DNA from: Hydrolagus affinis
Lineage: Eukaryota
Length of the DNA stretch: 64,000 bases
Direction: 5' to 3'
Assembly: GCA_012026655.1 (NCBI GenBank)
Contig: JAAILG010001242.1
Span: 1-64,000 of the forward strand
Below the pieces are notes generated by a model. That model saw only the letters and a program-made list of their open reading frames with translations, was not told where the DNA came from and made no database searches. Positions 36,279-49,903 of this stretch are shown here, one piece after another; within the stretch, counting starts at the first letter, position 1; each line of letters begins with the position of its first letter. Both the position numbers and the translations under genes were made by a program.

Positions 36279-38579
36279 GTTGGTATAGCTTCATTTTTTT
36301 AATTTCATGTAAACAGTTAAGCAAATTTCATCTCAGCTAAACACACAGAATGAGCATTTTCCTTTAAAGATTAAATCAGTGTAGCTTTTCTTGTTTTATG
36401 TCTTGCCTATTTTATTTTATTATTTATCTATTTATTTATGGGAAGCAATATGCTTTGTAATAAACTAGGCAAAATTTTGCAATATATTAGGAAGACTAAT
36501 ATGAGAAGGATTTTTCATTCATGATATAAACATTCTGTAGAAAGCCTGTCCTGTTTTTTTATATATATATATATTTTTAGGGGAAATAATGCACCCTAAA
36601 CTCCTGTCTTAAGTTTGTCTGTTGTGTAGAGTATTCCACAAATTATCTTTTTATCAGTTGTAAGCCAGAGACATTAACATTTCTGTTATGATAAACTTTT
36701 TCTTCCGCATATAAAATACCATTCTTAGGTCAAAGTTCTGTTTTTCTCAAGACTAAATTTTGAGAAAATAGCTTGCTTCTATACCGGACATAACAAAAAC
36801 AGAACTGCTGGAAATCCACAGCAGATCATTTAGCATCCAAAAGAGAAGTTTAAAGATAGGTTAAAGTTTCAAGCAAAGCTCTATCAAAACTGAAATAGTG
36901 GGCTGTAAAGTACTTATATTTGGAAGCTCAGATTTCCAGCATCCACTATTTTTGCTATTTATGCTACAGAACCATACTTTAGAGATAACATAAATTAGCA
37001 TGATTGTTGGCAGTACGGGAATTGTTTGTTTTTCCATTATCCACATGATTATTGGTGTTATTATCAGTGCCTTGGGACATCCTTCGGACATGAAAGGGGC
37101 TCTACACATGTAATTTTGTTGTTGTTGATTATCTGGATCTAGATAGTTTTCTTCAACTTGATGCTGCAAAAAATCCTTACAATTGATCATGTTGTATTCA
37201 GTTGTGCTTTTGAAAATAGTGGATTTGCTTCTGTCTTAAGAAGGGTGAATAATATACTCCATGTATTATACTTTCTCTAAACCTCAGATCATTAAAAAAA
37301 ATTATTTCCTACACTTACCAGTAACCCTTATTTGAGGGTTATTCTTGATAAAGTCTGGGAAATAATTGACAAAGGCAGAAATGAACAGCAGTTTCCATTG
37401 TGTGATGAAGCACATCCTTGTGAACCTAGTTGCTAACCACCAACATTTCAGAGTATTTGTTCACAGACTGATTGGAGGGATGACACTGATTTTTTTTAAC
37501 ATAGTCCGCTGCTTCAACTATGCTTGTTGAAAATGTTGTAGGAATGGTATCAATTAATATTTCAATTTGAACTGTAAATGGACCAACGATCATAACAGTC
37601 CTTAAAGCGAGAGAACATGGCATGAGTATACTATAATTACTTCTCTCTTGTGTTAACTTTCCCACTTTTGAAAATGACTGCTTAACTCCAGAAACTTGCT
37701 AATGCTTCATATTTTACTGTTACATCCTCTTGCCTTGCCAAAGATTATGTCTCATTTTTGACATGGTCAAGAAATTATCATCTATTCATTCTACCAGCTT
37801 TACCCACAAATCCAAGATGTCATTTTCATTGGATATATTCATTGGTTCACTATGACTTACAAAATCTTTGCAACAATCTAGCATTTGTTTACCTAATTTA
37901 CCCGAGTCAAAATCTAAAGGTAATGTCATTACTAATTGTAATAGCTTAATGGCTTTTGTGTTACATTACTTCCAGTGCTTTGGCAACAAACTCAATGGCT
38001 CTATCTGAGGCCACCTTGTGCTCATTGTTGTGTAAAGATTCTGTTGACAATTGTAAAGCTACTACTTAAGCTATCCTCCTTTGGCAAAACCCATTTTGGA
38101 TTTGGCAGCCGTGAGTGACTGCGCTTAGGAGCTTTGTCTTACTACAATATGGCTTCTTGCATTAACGACATTTTGTATGTTTCCTGTGTAACATACAGTG
38201 ACTGTGACTTAATTAAACTGCAGGAGCTTGTTTTTGTGTGCCATGATACCCACCTCCCCCCCCGCCTGCCCCATCACCACCACCACATGCGCATGTGCAC
38301 ACACACACATACTCACACACAGGGAGGAATAAATAAGTAAATGCCACCAAAATATTTTACATTACACAAACTAATGTGTTTCAGGAACATAATTCATCTA
38401 AATTTTCAGAGAATATTAATAAATCACTTAAACGTTTGCTCTTGTGATTTATATCATCTGCACATTAATATATGTAACATACTTTTCATACTTTTGTAAT
38501 TATTTACTGACCTGATTATATCTGCTAGATAACAAAACTCTTATGCTTAGCCACTCTGTTCTATTTTACTGCCAGCATA

Positions 38580-38807
38580 TAATAATTATCCTTGCATTTG
38601 ATATAGCACTTTATCATGTCTTCGAGACATCTCAAAGTGTTTCACAGAATAAACTGTAAAGTGCATTGGCTTTCCAGCAATCGACTAACAACTGGGTTCC
38701 GACTTAATGCGAGGTAAACAGAGGGTTGTGGAGTAAGGAAACTTGCCCAAAGTTTCGCCCTCCCAGGGAATCAAACATTTACGAGGCACGAAGTTACAGG
38801 ACTCCAC
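38580..38807 (-). mobile_element. Deu-type SINE, internally rearranged/deleted
   Basis: Tail complement at 38580-38670 and head complement GTGGAGTAAGGAAACTTGCCC...TACAGGACTCCAC at 38728-38807. Confidence 0.8.
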
Positions 38808-40242
38808 ATATATACTGTATAAAGCCATACTAGTTACAAATGTAAATGGTGTTGAATTCAAAATAATTATAGAAAACTCTGTCTTTGGGGGTGGAGGGAA
38901 GTAAGGTGGGTTTCTCTAGATCTGAACTGGCTCCAAGTTGACATGTTTGGCATGTACTTTCCTGAATTCGGTAAGCAGGAAGCATCTCTGCAGATATGTA
39001 CATTTATGGAATATCCAAGAATACATGGAGCTTTTTAGATACTCGTAAACATGGGTTATGTGTCAGACACCTGGCTTACCAAAAATAATTGTGCATATTA
39101 ATTTGTTTTCTGGGTATTTGGTGTTTAAAATGCTGCTGTAAATTTAAAGCAGTTTCAATCCAAGGTGTATTTATAGAAAACTTTATAAATGAAGATGTGT
39201 ATAAGGTTGGAAACTAGGCCATCTATCCCTCGAGTAGCAATAATACCTGTAAAAGATTTTCCGCTGGGAACTTGTATGTCAATACATAATAAATGTGAGA
39301 CCAGGTAGTATTTGTTTGTGAAAACAGTGACTATAAAGAAGCAAAACTGCAGCAGAGCTTCATTACGCGGTGTCAAAGAATGGTGGAATGCAGGTATGTG
39401 TCTAGGCTTTCCCACGTTGACACCATCTCAATCTCAGCCAAGGTTAAGAGGAGGCACTGAGGCAAGGTCAGGAACTCTTGAGAGGAGGAAGACGAGGAGG
39501 GTGAATACCCATGTACGTTCTTCTGAGTTTCCCACAAATTGAACCAAGGATGGTATTGGTTGGTAATAGCCAATGGCGTAAAATGATGTAGAGAGACTCA
39601 AAGCAGTGAGAGATAGAATTTTTTTTTTAATTCACTGTAAATTTTCATACACATTGGGTATAAACCTCACTGAATCCAAACAGTGTATTTCTCATGGACC
39701 AATTTGTAAATATATCTGCCTCCTCAAGAGACTTCTACTTGAGCATATCTGATGCCCTGGGCCAGACGTTTGAATTCCAGGGATGGGATACACTGATTCT
39801 TCAATCCCTACTGGTGTTTCTCTTTCCATGGTAATGCAATTAAAGTTAGTGGGTGTTTGGATGTGCAACCGACACAGGTTGTGCACAGGTTCCCAATGTG
39901 CCCATGTTACTATGCCTGTCAATGTTTTGTCCTTTTGTGTAGGTGTCTCCGTGAAGTTACATGTATAGAGTTGTGGAATGGCCCTTAATTTATCTTGTGG
40001 GCTTCCCTGCCATTGGTACTTTGTAACTGAGATCGACTGTTTAGAAAATGACTGTGTGTATTGACGTGGGTTTGGGAGATGATGGAATTAATGAGAGATA
40101 ATTCTTAAAAGTGCTAGTCACAGGATTTCTAACGAATTCTGCTTTGTACACCAGATTAAACACTAAAAGAAAGTGAAATCAAAAGTTGTATTATTAAAGC
40201 AATTTCATTGATAAATATCTTGTTTCTCTTAACGTTTCATAG

Positions 40243-40432
40243 ACCAGAAGAAAAACAGAAAGCAGTTTCAAAGAAGAATCCAGCGCTGAGTGGCCACTAT
40301 CCTGGTAAAAATGAAGGCAAAGAGTTGAAAGTACTGGTGCAGCCAGAGACTCAGCACAGAGCGCGATACTTGACTGAGGGCAGCCGTGGCTCCGTCAAGG
40401 ACCGGACACAGCAAGGCTTTCCAACAGTAAAG
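40243..40432 (+). CDS. NFAT5: NFAT5 coding exon, start of Rel homology domain ([37 protein letters not shown])
   Basis: TAG acceptor, AG|GTATTT donor, 190 nt; NFAT DNA-recognition loop RARYLTEG. Confidence 0.97.
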
Positions 40433-41122
40433 GTATTTTTTTTTACTTAAACTTTTAATGTTTGGCTTTAGGTTTCGAGAGCCTGCGTTAAGGTGGGACT
40501 CTCTTCAGAATCTACCTCCAGTAGCCAATTGTCCCAACAGGTGTTCACGATCTCCAGGTAATACTTTACAGCAGCTGTCACCCAAAGCCTCAGAGAGAGG
40601 ACCCTGCCATAAACTGATATGACATTAATAATAATATTACTATTACTAAGCACCCTAGCAGCAAATTTGGCTTCACGGTGGACACACCTATTTGCCAAGG
40701 GCCCTCACATAAAGACCTGAATTAAGCGATCGGTGATCAGTTAATCTGGTGTCTAGTATTGGACTTGTATCTTGAGAATATCAAGGTCATAAACTGTCTT
40801 GTAAAAGAACAAGCCTTTCAACTATGTGAAAGACATAGTCTGCCAGATAGCTGATGAGGAAATACGAACACTTTGACCTCAGGGTCATGGAGGAAATAGC
40901 TTAAAACAAAGCCTAAGATTTGCTGCTTCTGTTTAACTCTGTATTGTTGTAAGGAAACTATCCATTCTTAGGGGAACAAGTTAATGTTAAAATTGGGATT
41001 TTAAAACTTGAAAGTATTTGTGGTAAAGTGAGGATTTGTTTATTTGTTATGTTTGCTTATGAATTTTGTTGTGATCCCAACAAAGATTTTAGTTCACAAA
41101 CGTTTCTATTATTTTTTCATAG

Positions 41123-41313
41123 TTGGAAGGTCACAATGAGCCAGTGATATTACAAATTTTTGTTGGCAATGACTCTGGTCGTGTCAAACCCCATGGCTTT
41201 TATCAGGCCTGCAGAGTCACTGGGCGAAATACCACTCCTTGCAAGGAGGTAGATATTGAAGGAACAACTGTGATAGAGGTCAGCCTGGAGCCTGGGAATA
41301 ACATGACACTGGC
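41123..41313 (+). CDS. NFAT5: NFAT5 coding exon, RHD (LEGHNEPV...[19 protein letters not shown]...NNMTLA)
   Basis: TAG acceptor, GC|GTAAGT donor, 191 nt. Confidence 0.97.
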
Positions 41314-41642
41314 GTAAGTATCTGCTCATGCCGAGATCAACTGTCAAATGTATATGTATCATCTGGTATATTAATAGTACTCTTGAATCTTACCTGTATT
41401 GGGTTATCACATCTTAAATTGATTAATTCCCAGTTAATTGATTCTCCCATATGTCCTTAGAATGTCTCTGTCATTTTTTTCACCCTTTATTCCTTTTAAT
41501 ATATTGAATTTGGCTTCCTGGACAAGTGCAAAGTACACACACGATATAAAATCACAGTTGGCTATAGGCAATGGGTGTGTCAAAATTCCTATGTTGTCAA
41601 GTGTGTGCACACATTAAAGTGCAGTTCATTTAATTTTCCTAC

Positions 41643-41960
41643 AATAATAATAATCCTTGTATTTGATATAGCACTTTCAGGTCTTCTAGATGTCTCAAAG
41701 TGCTTCACAGAATATACTGTAAAGTTAATTGACTGTATACTTGTGAGCGAAATGCGGCAGCCAATTGCACACAGCAGTATCCCACAAACAGTCGTGGATT
41801 GAAATGACCAATTTTTAAAAAACATTTGGGGGGGGATTATTATATTAGGTGTGTGGAATAAGGAAACCCAATCACCCCAAGTAAAGAAATTTCCCCACAG
41901 TTTTGCTCTGCTGGAAATCAAACCCAAGTCTCTCGCTTGTGAAGCGAGTGCTCTAACACT
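41643..41960 (-). mobile_element. Near-full-length Deu-type SINE, head fused to an L2 fragment (41957-42025, + strand)
   Basis: Reverse complement of the SINE up to GCGAGTGCTCTAACACT, then CTGGAACTCCATCCCACAGTCCC...CCTCCTTCAAGAC as in the L2 copies. Confidence 0.88.
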
Positions 41961-42872
41961 CTGGAACTCCATCCCACAGTCCCTTCTCCTCGTTTCTTCC
42001 CTCGCCTCCTTCAAGACTCCCCTCTGTGTATTGGTGAAGCATATGAGAAAGGGATAGTGGTTCATTTGCATACAAACATTTGCAAAGTTAGCTTTGCTGA
42101 TAAAAATTAGATTTTTAAAAATAAAATGTTGAAGAAGTATATCTTAAGATTAGTGTGTCTCACCAGAAAGTTGGAAACAAATGAAATTTCCCTTGACATG
42201 ATTCCCTACGATTTAATACTTTTTTCTGAAAAAGCATCTCCTTTCTCTGAGCTTTCTCAGTGTGTCCCTGACAAGATCAATTTGGAAGTTACTGTCATGA
42301 AGCATTCTCACCATCCTACATCACTGCATATTTGGACATCAAAATTAATTATGTAATTTAGAAAGAAATTAAATAGGTGTTGTCTAGGTGAAAAGTGAAT
42401 GAAAAAGGGAAGAAATTGAGTTGCAAAAAAACAGTCCAGAAGTTTAGCCAACAACTGCGCCATTAGCATAGGTGAAACAACATGGTGCAGGTTGAAAAAT
42501 ATTGAAATGTGAATAAGCTGAATGAAGTCAATAGTCTGCAGTACAAACAGACAAATTATTTATAACACTGCCCAGTGAATCCCTAGACAGTCAAAGATAA
42601 CATTGGAATTTGTGTGATTTAGTGCTTGTGGGCACAATCATAATTTTGGATTTGATACACTGACCCAAAGACACCTGCCAAACGTACATTTTGTCAGCCA
42701 TAACTATACATTGTCCAACAACCGCACTGTAAATGGAGTGGTTATATTGTAAAGGCAGGGATACAACCCGACATCTGAAGTTTAGGCATCAAGTTTTCCA
42801 TTATTATTTGTAATAGTACAGTATAATGAATACCTGTTACAATTCCACGCCTGTTGCTTTCTCACCCTGTAG

Positions 42873-43045
42873 GGTTGACTGTGTGGGGATTTTAAAACTG
42901 AGAAATGCTGACGTTGAAGCACGAATAGGCATTGTGGGATCAAAGAAGAAAAGCACTCGTGCACGATTAGTTTTTCGAGTGAATATTGTCCGTGCCGATG
43001 GGTCTACTTTAACTTTGCAGATGCCCTCATCACCCATTCTGTGTA
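42873..43045 (+). CDS. NFAT5: NFAT5 coding exon, RHD ([19 protein letters not shown]...SPILC)
   Basis: TAG acceptor, A|GTAAGT donor, 173 nt. Confidence 0.97.
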
Positions 43046-43132
43046 GTAAGTGATATCTTTCATTAAAACAATTTGGATATAATTTATACCATTTTAATGT
43101 GCTAATGCACCATTTTGCTGTGGAGTGCTTAA

Positions 43133-43452
43133 CAATAATAATAATCCTTGCATTTGATATAGAGCTTTTCACATCTTGTAGACATCTCAAAGCACTTCAC
43201 TGAATATATGTAAAGTGAATTGACTGTTTATATTTGTGGGCGAATCGCGGCAGCCAAATGCACTCAGCAGTGTCCCACAAACAGTCGTGGATTGAAATGA
43301 CCGATTTTATTATTGTGTTTTTTGGGGAGGGATTATTATTAGGCGTGTGGAGTAAGGAAACTTGTCCAAGGTTTCGCCCTGACCTGCCTGGATTCAAACA
43401 CAGGTCTCACGCTTGTGAGGCGAGTGCTCTAACCACTGAGCTACAGGACTCC
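43133..43452 (-). mobile_element. Full-length tRNA-derived Deu-type SINE
   Basis: Complete reverse complement from the (AAT)n tail to ...CTCTAACCACTGAGCTACAGGACTCC. Confidence 0.92.
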
Positions 43453-45479
43453 TTAGTCCATTCTCATTTAAGCAATTAAGACCAAACATTCTATCTATAT
43501 GTTTACCTCTTAGCATCACACAAAAGTAGCAACTTGAATTAGCAGTGATTAGAAAATTCAAATGGTACAACATTATCTGTTAAATGTTGACTAGACATTA
43601 ATTGAACCACTGCATTATACATGGGCCAATAACCATATCTTACATTCATGTGAAGTTTAAACAATCGAATTGGTTCTTGCATGCATTGCAGCGCAAAAAA
43701 ATGTGTTAAGTTGTTTCCATTTATTACTTACAACTGGTTTGTTTAAAGACCAGCAATGGAAATTACACTTGCTTAGGTAGTTCTTTACAGTGCCAACTAT
43801 TCATGTGCTTGGTATAATTTTGACAATAAATGCTTTATTACTGGAAAAGCAAAGTAACATCTTACCTTTGATAGATCTGAGTACCGATCTCGAACAGTGT
43901 TAAATTGCATTTCCAGTCTTTTTCAAAATTGGTAGCTATATTAAGAATAGGTTCAAATGAAAGTTAGGAGTGCTTTAAAAATTTTGATTTGTTTACACCT
44001 ATTCTATTCATCTGGAAGAAAAGCCTCAAACATGAGAGTTTTACTGGTTGTTTTTGTATTCAATTATTACTCTTACTAGTATTTCTACTATTTGTGGCAA
44101 TTCACGTCTTGCATTTAGGAGGGGGAAATGGCACAATAAGTTATATCAATCCATCTATTTTGTAATTAATTTGATCTATTCTGCGTTGACATTTACACAC
44201 ATGTACACCATTGGCCTTGTTAAACTATATGTACCCAGTCTTCCTCACTTCCCCTTGTTTACACATTGACTCATAATGACCTATTTACACTTATTCACAC
44301 AGAGGTATTCCTGTTAACTGCAGAAAAACATGTAGTTGGCCAGACTACTCGTATAAAAGCACAAATAAAGCTCACAAGCCTTGTTTGTACAAAACACGTT
44401 TCAGCCATTTCCTACCTCGGCATGAGTCTTCGGGAGAAAACGGGCAGCAATTTGGGGAAAAGGAATAAAATGTAATCTTTTCATTGGCAGTTAATGATAT
44501 AAATGAGAATTAGCTGTAATGAATCTGCAATTCCCTCTCGACACAAGTTTATACTGAAATTGGGAGTTGTTCACGTGGACAATGTTGCTGCAATGATGTG
44601 ATGTTTGATTGTAATGGTCCTCCGGATGTGAAAGGCGCTCTATAAATGTAATTTTGCTGTTGTTAGATTTGGTTCGTGTGTCTGAAGAAAGATTATAATA
44701 TTAGTTTAGTCCAACAGCTGCTGAGAATAGAAATGTAATTAATCTCTTACAGAATTAATTGAGCAAACACAGAATGAGTTTTGATATTTATCAAGGAAAC
44801 CTGGTGATAAAAAAAAGTGATAAAACTAGAAGTAGTTACATTTAATATCAATTGCCAATAGGAGAAATTATTTTGTAAAAAGATTTTTAGTCCGACAGAG
44901 TATTTTACCCTTAAACACTGAGTATTCTTTTAAAAAGCCAGTTTCACATTGCTCTGGGCACTGCTTGTTTGGCCTCTCCCTACAACATGGTTGGAATTTG
45001 GAGATTAGCAAAATAGAAAATGACACTCTGTGTCTTCACTGTGCTCTGTTGATTTGAGTGATTACCACTTTGGTACATTTGGTACATTCTTGACCTCTTA
45101 CAGAGCAGTTTCCTCAACATCGATGACTTGATTTAAACACTAATCATTTTGACTTGTGTATTTTGATTTCTTGGTGACTGTAAACAAAGTTAAGAAAGAA
45201 TAACCAAAAGTCTATTAATACTAAAGCGATCACCGGATAAATCTCTTAACACTATGATGATCTCCCATGATGCCCATATGATATATATATATATTGCTTA
45301 AAAAACATATGGAATTCCATATGATTTTTAACATTCTTGTAGTGTTTTGTTATTCTAGTTCATTTTTTCACAAGTACGTATGAAAATACAGGTGATAGAT
45401 ACCATTATATGCAATGCACAATTCCAATTAGCCATATATGTGGTTAATAAAGTAAATTTGTTTTACATTGAAATTGTAG

Positions 45480-45614
45480 CTCAGCCGGCGGGAGTACCAG
45501 AGATCTTGAAGAAAAGCCTACACACCTGCACAGTGACCGGGGGAGAAGATTTATTTCTGATAGGAAAGAACTTTCTAAAAGGCACAAAAGTTATTTTTCA
45601 AGAGAACGGTTCGG
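45480..45614 (+). CDS. NFAT5: NFAT5 coding exon, IPT/RHD-C ([15 protein letters not shown]...[12 protein letters not shown])
   Basis: TAG acceptor, G|GTGAGT donor, 135 nt. Confidence 0.96.
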
Positions 45615-46683
45615 GTGAGTAATTGGTTTTATCCGAGTCTAAAACAAGAAAGCCAAACAGTAGGAAGCAATCTCTGCAGATTCTTCGCTCAGTGTTGCTT
45701 CATTGGGGAATTCTTTACAGTGTCTTTCCCAGATAATCAATTTTGTTCTGTCTCAGGATGCTTCCTTGCTTTTTCCTCTCCCATCTGAACCACACCTACA
45801 TACACAATAATACTTCCATACACTTCAAGTGTCTGCATTTTGCAAGGATAAACTGTCACAGAAAAAATACTGCAAAGTAAAATGCGCTGCAAAGTCTTGA
45901 GTCTTGAGTTGCAATGATTGAGTATGAGCTTATTTACTATCTTGATACTTCAATAATATATGTGCAGCCATAAATATGCAAGTCAAAATAACTATTTTTA
46001 ATGAAACACCTGGTGAGTTAAGTCTATAACTAATCACTTATTGTGACGTTTGTAGGCCATTGTTATTTCTTGATGTTGCGTGGTTTATTTTTCCATGATC
46101 CACAACACTATCCGGTCCCACAGATGTGTGATATGATGGATAATGTAATAAGTCTTTTAAGGATGGAGCAGTTCCTGTCCATCTGTGTGATATTTTCAGT
46201 GTTCACACCCAACATATATTTATGCTGTTTCTTTAGGAAAGATCCAGATGTTGATCAATGCTGGATATGCCTTAGTTGCCTCTTTTCCTCTCTATTAAGT
46301 ACAATGGTTGTAATTTCTGAAATTGTCAGATTCAAGTGCTGCAAAACACAATGGAATCAGGACTTTTGCTCTTTTTAAACGTACAGGGCATTTAGTATTC
46401 TGCTAACTATTTTCAAAAATAATGCATTTGTTATGCAGTAACGTCCTCTAAGCTGTAACATATCATGTACTCTATTTCTTGGTAGAGAAATTCTGTTTTG
46501 CATCCAAAGAACAGATTAGTTATAGAAAACTGTACACTTTTCTTTTAAAAAATCCTTCTGTGATAAAATATCTGTATTCATATTAGCAATCACTAAATGT
46601 GCATAACAGAATCAAAGTTTTTTTTCAATAAATGTCACTGGCAGAGCCATGATAAATGTGTTCAATCTTATAATCCTCATCAG

Positions 46684-46739
46684 ATGAGACCTGTTCTTGG
46701 AAATCAGAAGCCGAAATCGACATGGAGCTCTTTCATCAA
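46684..46739 (+). CDS. NFAT5: NFAT5 coding exon (DETCSWKSEAEIDMELFHQ)
   Basis: Read by hand (below ORF-track cutoff); CAG acceptor, GTGAGT donor, 56 nt, phase 1-0. Confidence 0.95.
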
Positions 46740-47227
46740 GTGAGTTTAAAGGATCTCATTTTCAAGGTTTTATTTAAACGGAGGAGTGAATTAGAAGGGA
46801 AAGCCATCTTTATGTATTCACTTCAAGTAAATCTTTTTATGTTCCCTCACCAGTAATGAACATAGACTGGATTTTATACATGTATATAATTATATATGTT
46901 ATATACATGTACATACCTGTACACATATGATGTAACTTGCACAATTCAGAACACTAATAGAACATCATTTAAAGAGATTATGTTCGGTGCACTGGCTCTG
47001 CTGAATAAGGAACTTCTTTTGATTATTTCATATTATTAGCAGAGATTAGAAAAAAAGGGGAAACTGTCTGGAATAGTCACTATGAGATCTGTAAACCCAA
47101 ATGATTGCTTGTCTGGCCGCAGTTTGTGTGTGGGCTAGTGATACCAGGGAAGATCAAGAAAATGAACTTGAAAAATATATGCAAAAAGTCTTTGTTGCTC
47201 TTCATAATGTTTCTTTTGTTTTTGTAG

Positions 47228-47360
47228 AATCACCTTATTGTTAAAGTTCCGCCATATCATAATCAACAAATAACATCACCAGTTTCAGTTGGAATATATG
47301 TAGTGACTAATGCTGGAAGATCGCATGAGGTGCAGCCTTTTACCTTCACACCAGATCCAA
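47228..47360 (+). CDS. NFAT5: NFAT5 coding exon ([44 protein letters not shown])
   Basis: Read by hand; TAG acceptor, A|GTGAGT donor, 133 nt. Confidence 0.96.
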
Positions 47361-47721
47361 GTGAGTTCATTGCTATATTCCTTTTTGTATTCTTTATCTG
47401 GTTAAATCTTTCAACTCTGAAAAACAAATGTGTACAGATGATGCTCAAGACTATCCTTTAGGCTGTGTCAAGAGTTTGTTTCTGTTTCTGATACTGGAGG
47501 AACGCTGTTATAACTGCTTCTCCCTCATAATATAATAATAAAATTAGATATTATATATATAATTATTATTATAAGTTAAGTCAGTCATTTTTCTTGAGGT
47601 TTTGCTTATTATAATGTGTGTGGCCTCTGAAATATTGGACTGCTACCACTGTATCTGATAAGAACTGAGCAAACAAAAATTTGTGTTTTACATTTATGGT
47701 ATATGTTCTACTGTGCTTCAG

Positions 47722-47793
47722 AAAACTCATCAGATGTCATTGTGAAGAAAGAAGGAGTTGCCCAACCATGTTCCTTTGAGGAAGTTATCAAAG
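47722..47793 (+). CDS. NFAT5: NFAT5 coding exon (KNSSDVIVKKEGVAQPCSFEEVIK)
   Basis: CAG acceptor, AG|GTAAAA donor, 72 nt, phase 1-1; matches recalled human VKKE...PCSFEEAMK. Confidence 0.9.
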
Positions 47794-49372
47794 GTAAAAG
47801 TCATACTTCCCTATTTTTTTTAAATGCATCCAAAGAAAAATAGCCTGCTGGCAGGTTCAGGGGTTTAAATTGCTTTTTAAGTAGCGTACGTATTGCTGAA
47901 CTTGAGTGTCCTGTCGAATGCAACGCCAAAAAGTGGGGTCGAGGGGCTCAGTGGGAAAGAAGAGAGAAATTTTATACGGTTTCAACATTGAGCTGTAATA
48001 TAGCCCCAGCAGCTAGCCATAGAGGTACATAACGGGTACAATTCTCCACCTATCCAGAATGCATTCCCTGGGAGGCCAAAGAAGAATTATCTATAGTATA
48101 TACACACACACTTTCACACAAAAAATCCTAAATAGAGTGTGGCCATATTTCAACGTACTTTGTTTAGAACTGAATTTGGTTAGAAAATAGTTGGAATATG
48201 GACCTGGTTCACTGTGCATGCAATATTGCCATTCAATGAACGAACCTTGAAAACAACTGCATTATAATGGAGCTCAACATTTAACTCATGTTTTCCGTCT
48301 GGGAGAGGGATCAGATTATCAAGTCATGAAGGGCTTGTCCAAGTTCTAGTCAGTCAGTGCACGAGAGCATTAATGTTGCAGGATATGCATGTAAATGGTG
48401 TAATTACAGCTCCTGATGTTTAAGGAAGTCAATCGAATTCTAAGAAGTACGTGAAGGTCACGCTTTATGCACTGTTATATTGTGTGATGTGCACCCATTT
48501 GTAAAATGCTCCAAAGACCTAGATCAAATCTTCACTATCGTTTTGCTGGTCCTTGTTTTGCAGCCGTAACACTTTCATTCCTGTATACTGATTACTATTT
48601 TATGATGTCTAGCACAGTAAGGTTTTGGAAACACTGTTTTCTTTGTACCTCCATGGAACAAATGAATCCTGTATAAGTCCACTGATCTAATGTGAGCAGG
48701 ATCAGCCGGAGAAGGTCAGACCAGTTACCCTGGCTGCTGGGAGACTGTTCAGAGCTGCATGCACACGTGCCATATATGTTGACATATGCACACACACAAA
48801 AAAAAATCACTTCAGCTGTTGATTACTATCTAAAGAAATACTTCCTGTTGTTAATCTTAAATTTGCCCTTCACAAAAGCTGAACCTTGTGTCCTCTAGTC
48901 CTATTGACTTGGCGTATCTGGAAGTATCAATCAAGGTTTATTTTCTCTATCCTGTTTACAAATGTTTATTTTAAGATGGCTACATTATAAATTTTAATCA
49001 AGCACTGAAGAATGATTATTTTGAAATGATTTATTTATACTGTAATAATTAGCTTCACTGGCAAGCTGGTGGAAGGAATGTGTTAAAAAGTATCCAAACT
49101 AGATTGAGAATATGTTGTCCCAGCTACTCTAGCCAGAAAGACAGTTGTTGGTTTGGTGCTATGGGTAACAGTTTGTACATTCAGAGAATGCAGATGAAAT
49201 TAAAATAATTTGGTGTCAATTAATTACACTGTACTTACATAGGTATATCTCTTTATAAAAGTATTTTTTGATATCCTATCTGAAATGGCGTTTATAGAAT
49301 CCGATCGTCGGTTTTATTTTTATTTGTGAAACGGCTGAGAGGTGTGACTGGATTTTTGCTTCTTTATCACAG

Positions 49373-49524
49373 CTGCAGCAATGAAAGCCACAAGCCACCT
49401 GGAGAAAGCGAATCTTCTTCCCAGTGCCTTGATATCACCCCTTCTGCCACCTGCTTTGGTTAAGAATGAGGAATTGAATCCAATGGAAATAACATCAAAT
49501 CAGTCAACATCTGCAGTCTTTAAG
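49373..49524 (+). CDS. NFAT5: NFAT5 coding exon (AAAMKATSHLEKANLLPSALISPLL...SAVFK)
   Basis: CAG acceptor (alternative in-frame CAG at 49376-49378), AG|GTATTA donor, 152 nt. Confidence 0.92.
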
Positions 49525-49679
49525 GTATTAAGTTATTTTTTGTCAAGAATCTGGAGCACACTTTTGTTTAGGACTTTTAATAGCGTCAGAAAAAGAAACC
49601 TACTTGCATTGAGCAGTTAGCATTTTTTTTCCAAAATAAATGTAGGAAATTCAGCTCAAAGCAAATATAACTTTGAAAT

Positions 49680-49832
49680 ATTATTATGGTTTTTTTTTTA
49701 ATGTGATTTTTTTTGTGATTTCGTCCACAAAATATACGGTCAACCAGTTCACAGTATATTCTGTGAAGTGCTTTGAGACGCCTTGAATACATGATAAGAT
49801 ACTATATCAAATGTAATGATTATTATTATATT
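49680..49832 (+). mobile_element. Deu-type SINE 3' fragment just upstream of the large exon
   Basis: CCACAAAATATACGGTCAA...TGTGAAGTGCTTTGAGACG...TATATCAAATGTAATGATTATT. Confidence 0.75.
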
Positions 49833-49903
49833 ATGAAAGTGCAGGGTAGTTCAATTGACTACGTGTAATTTTTTTGTTTAAATTAGTCTTTTTTCTGTTA
49901 AAG

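Noticed and set aside
39200-39970. Cluster of short ORFs in a more GC-balanced intronic stretch
   Set aside because: No coherent frame or splice pattern; probably a decayed retroelement that I cannot assign.
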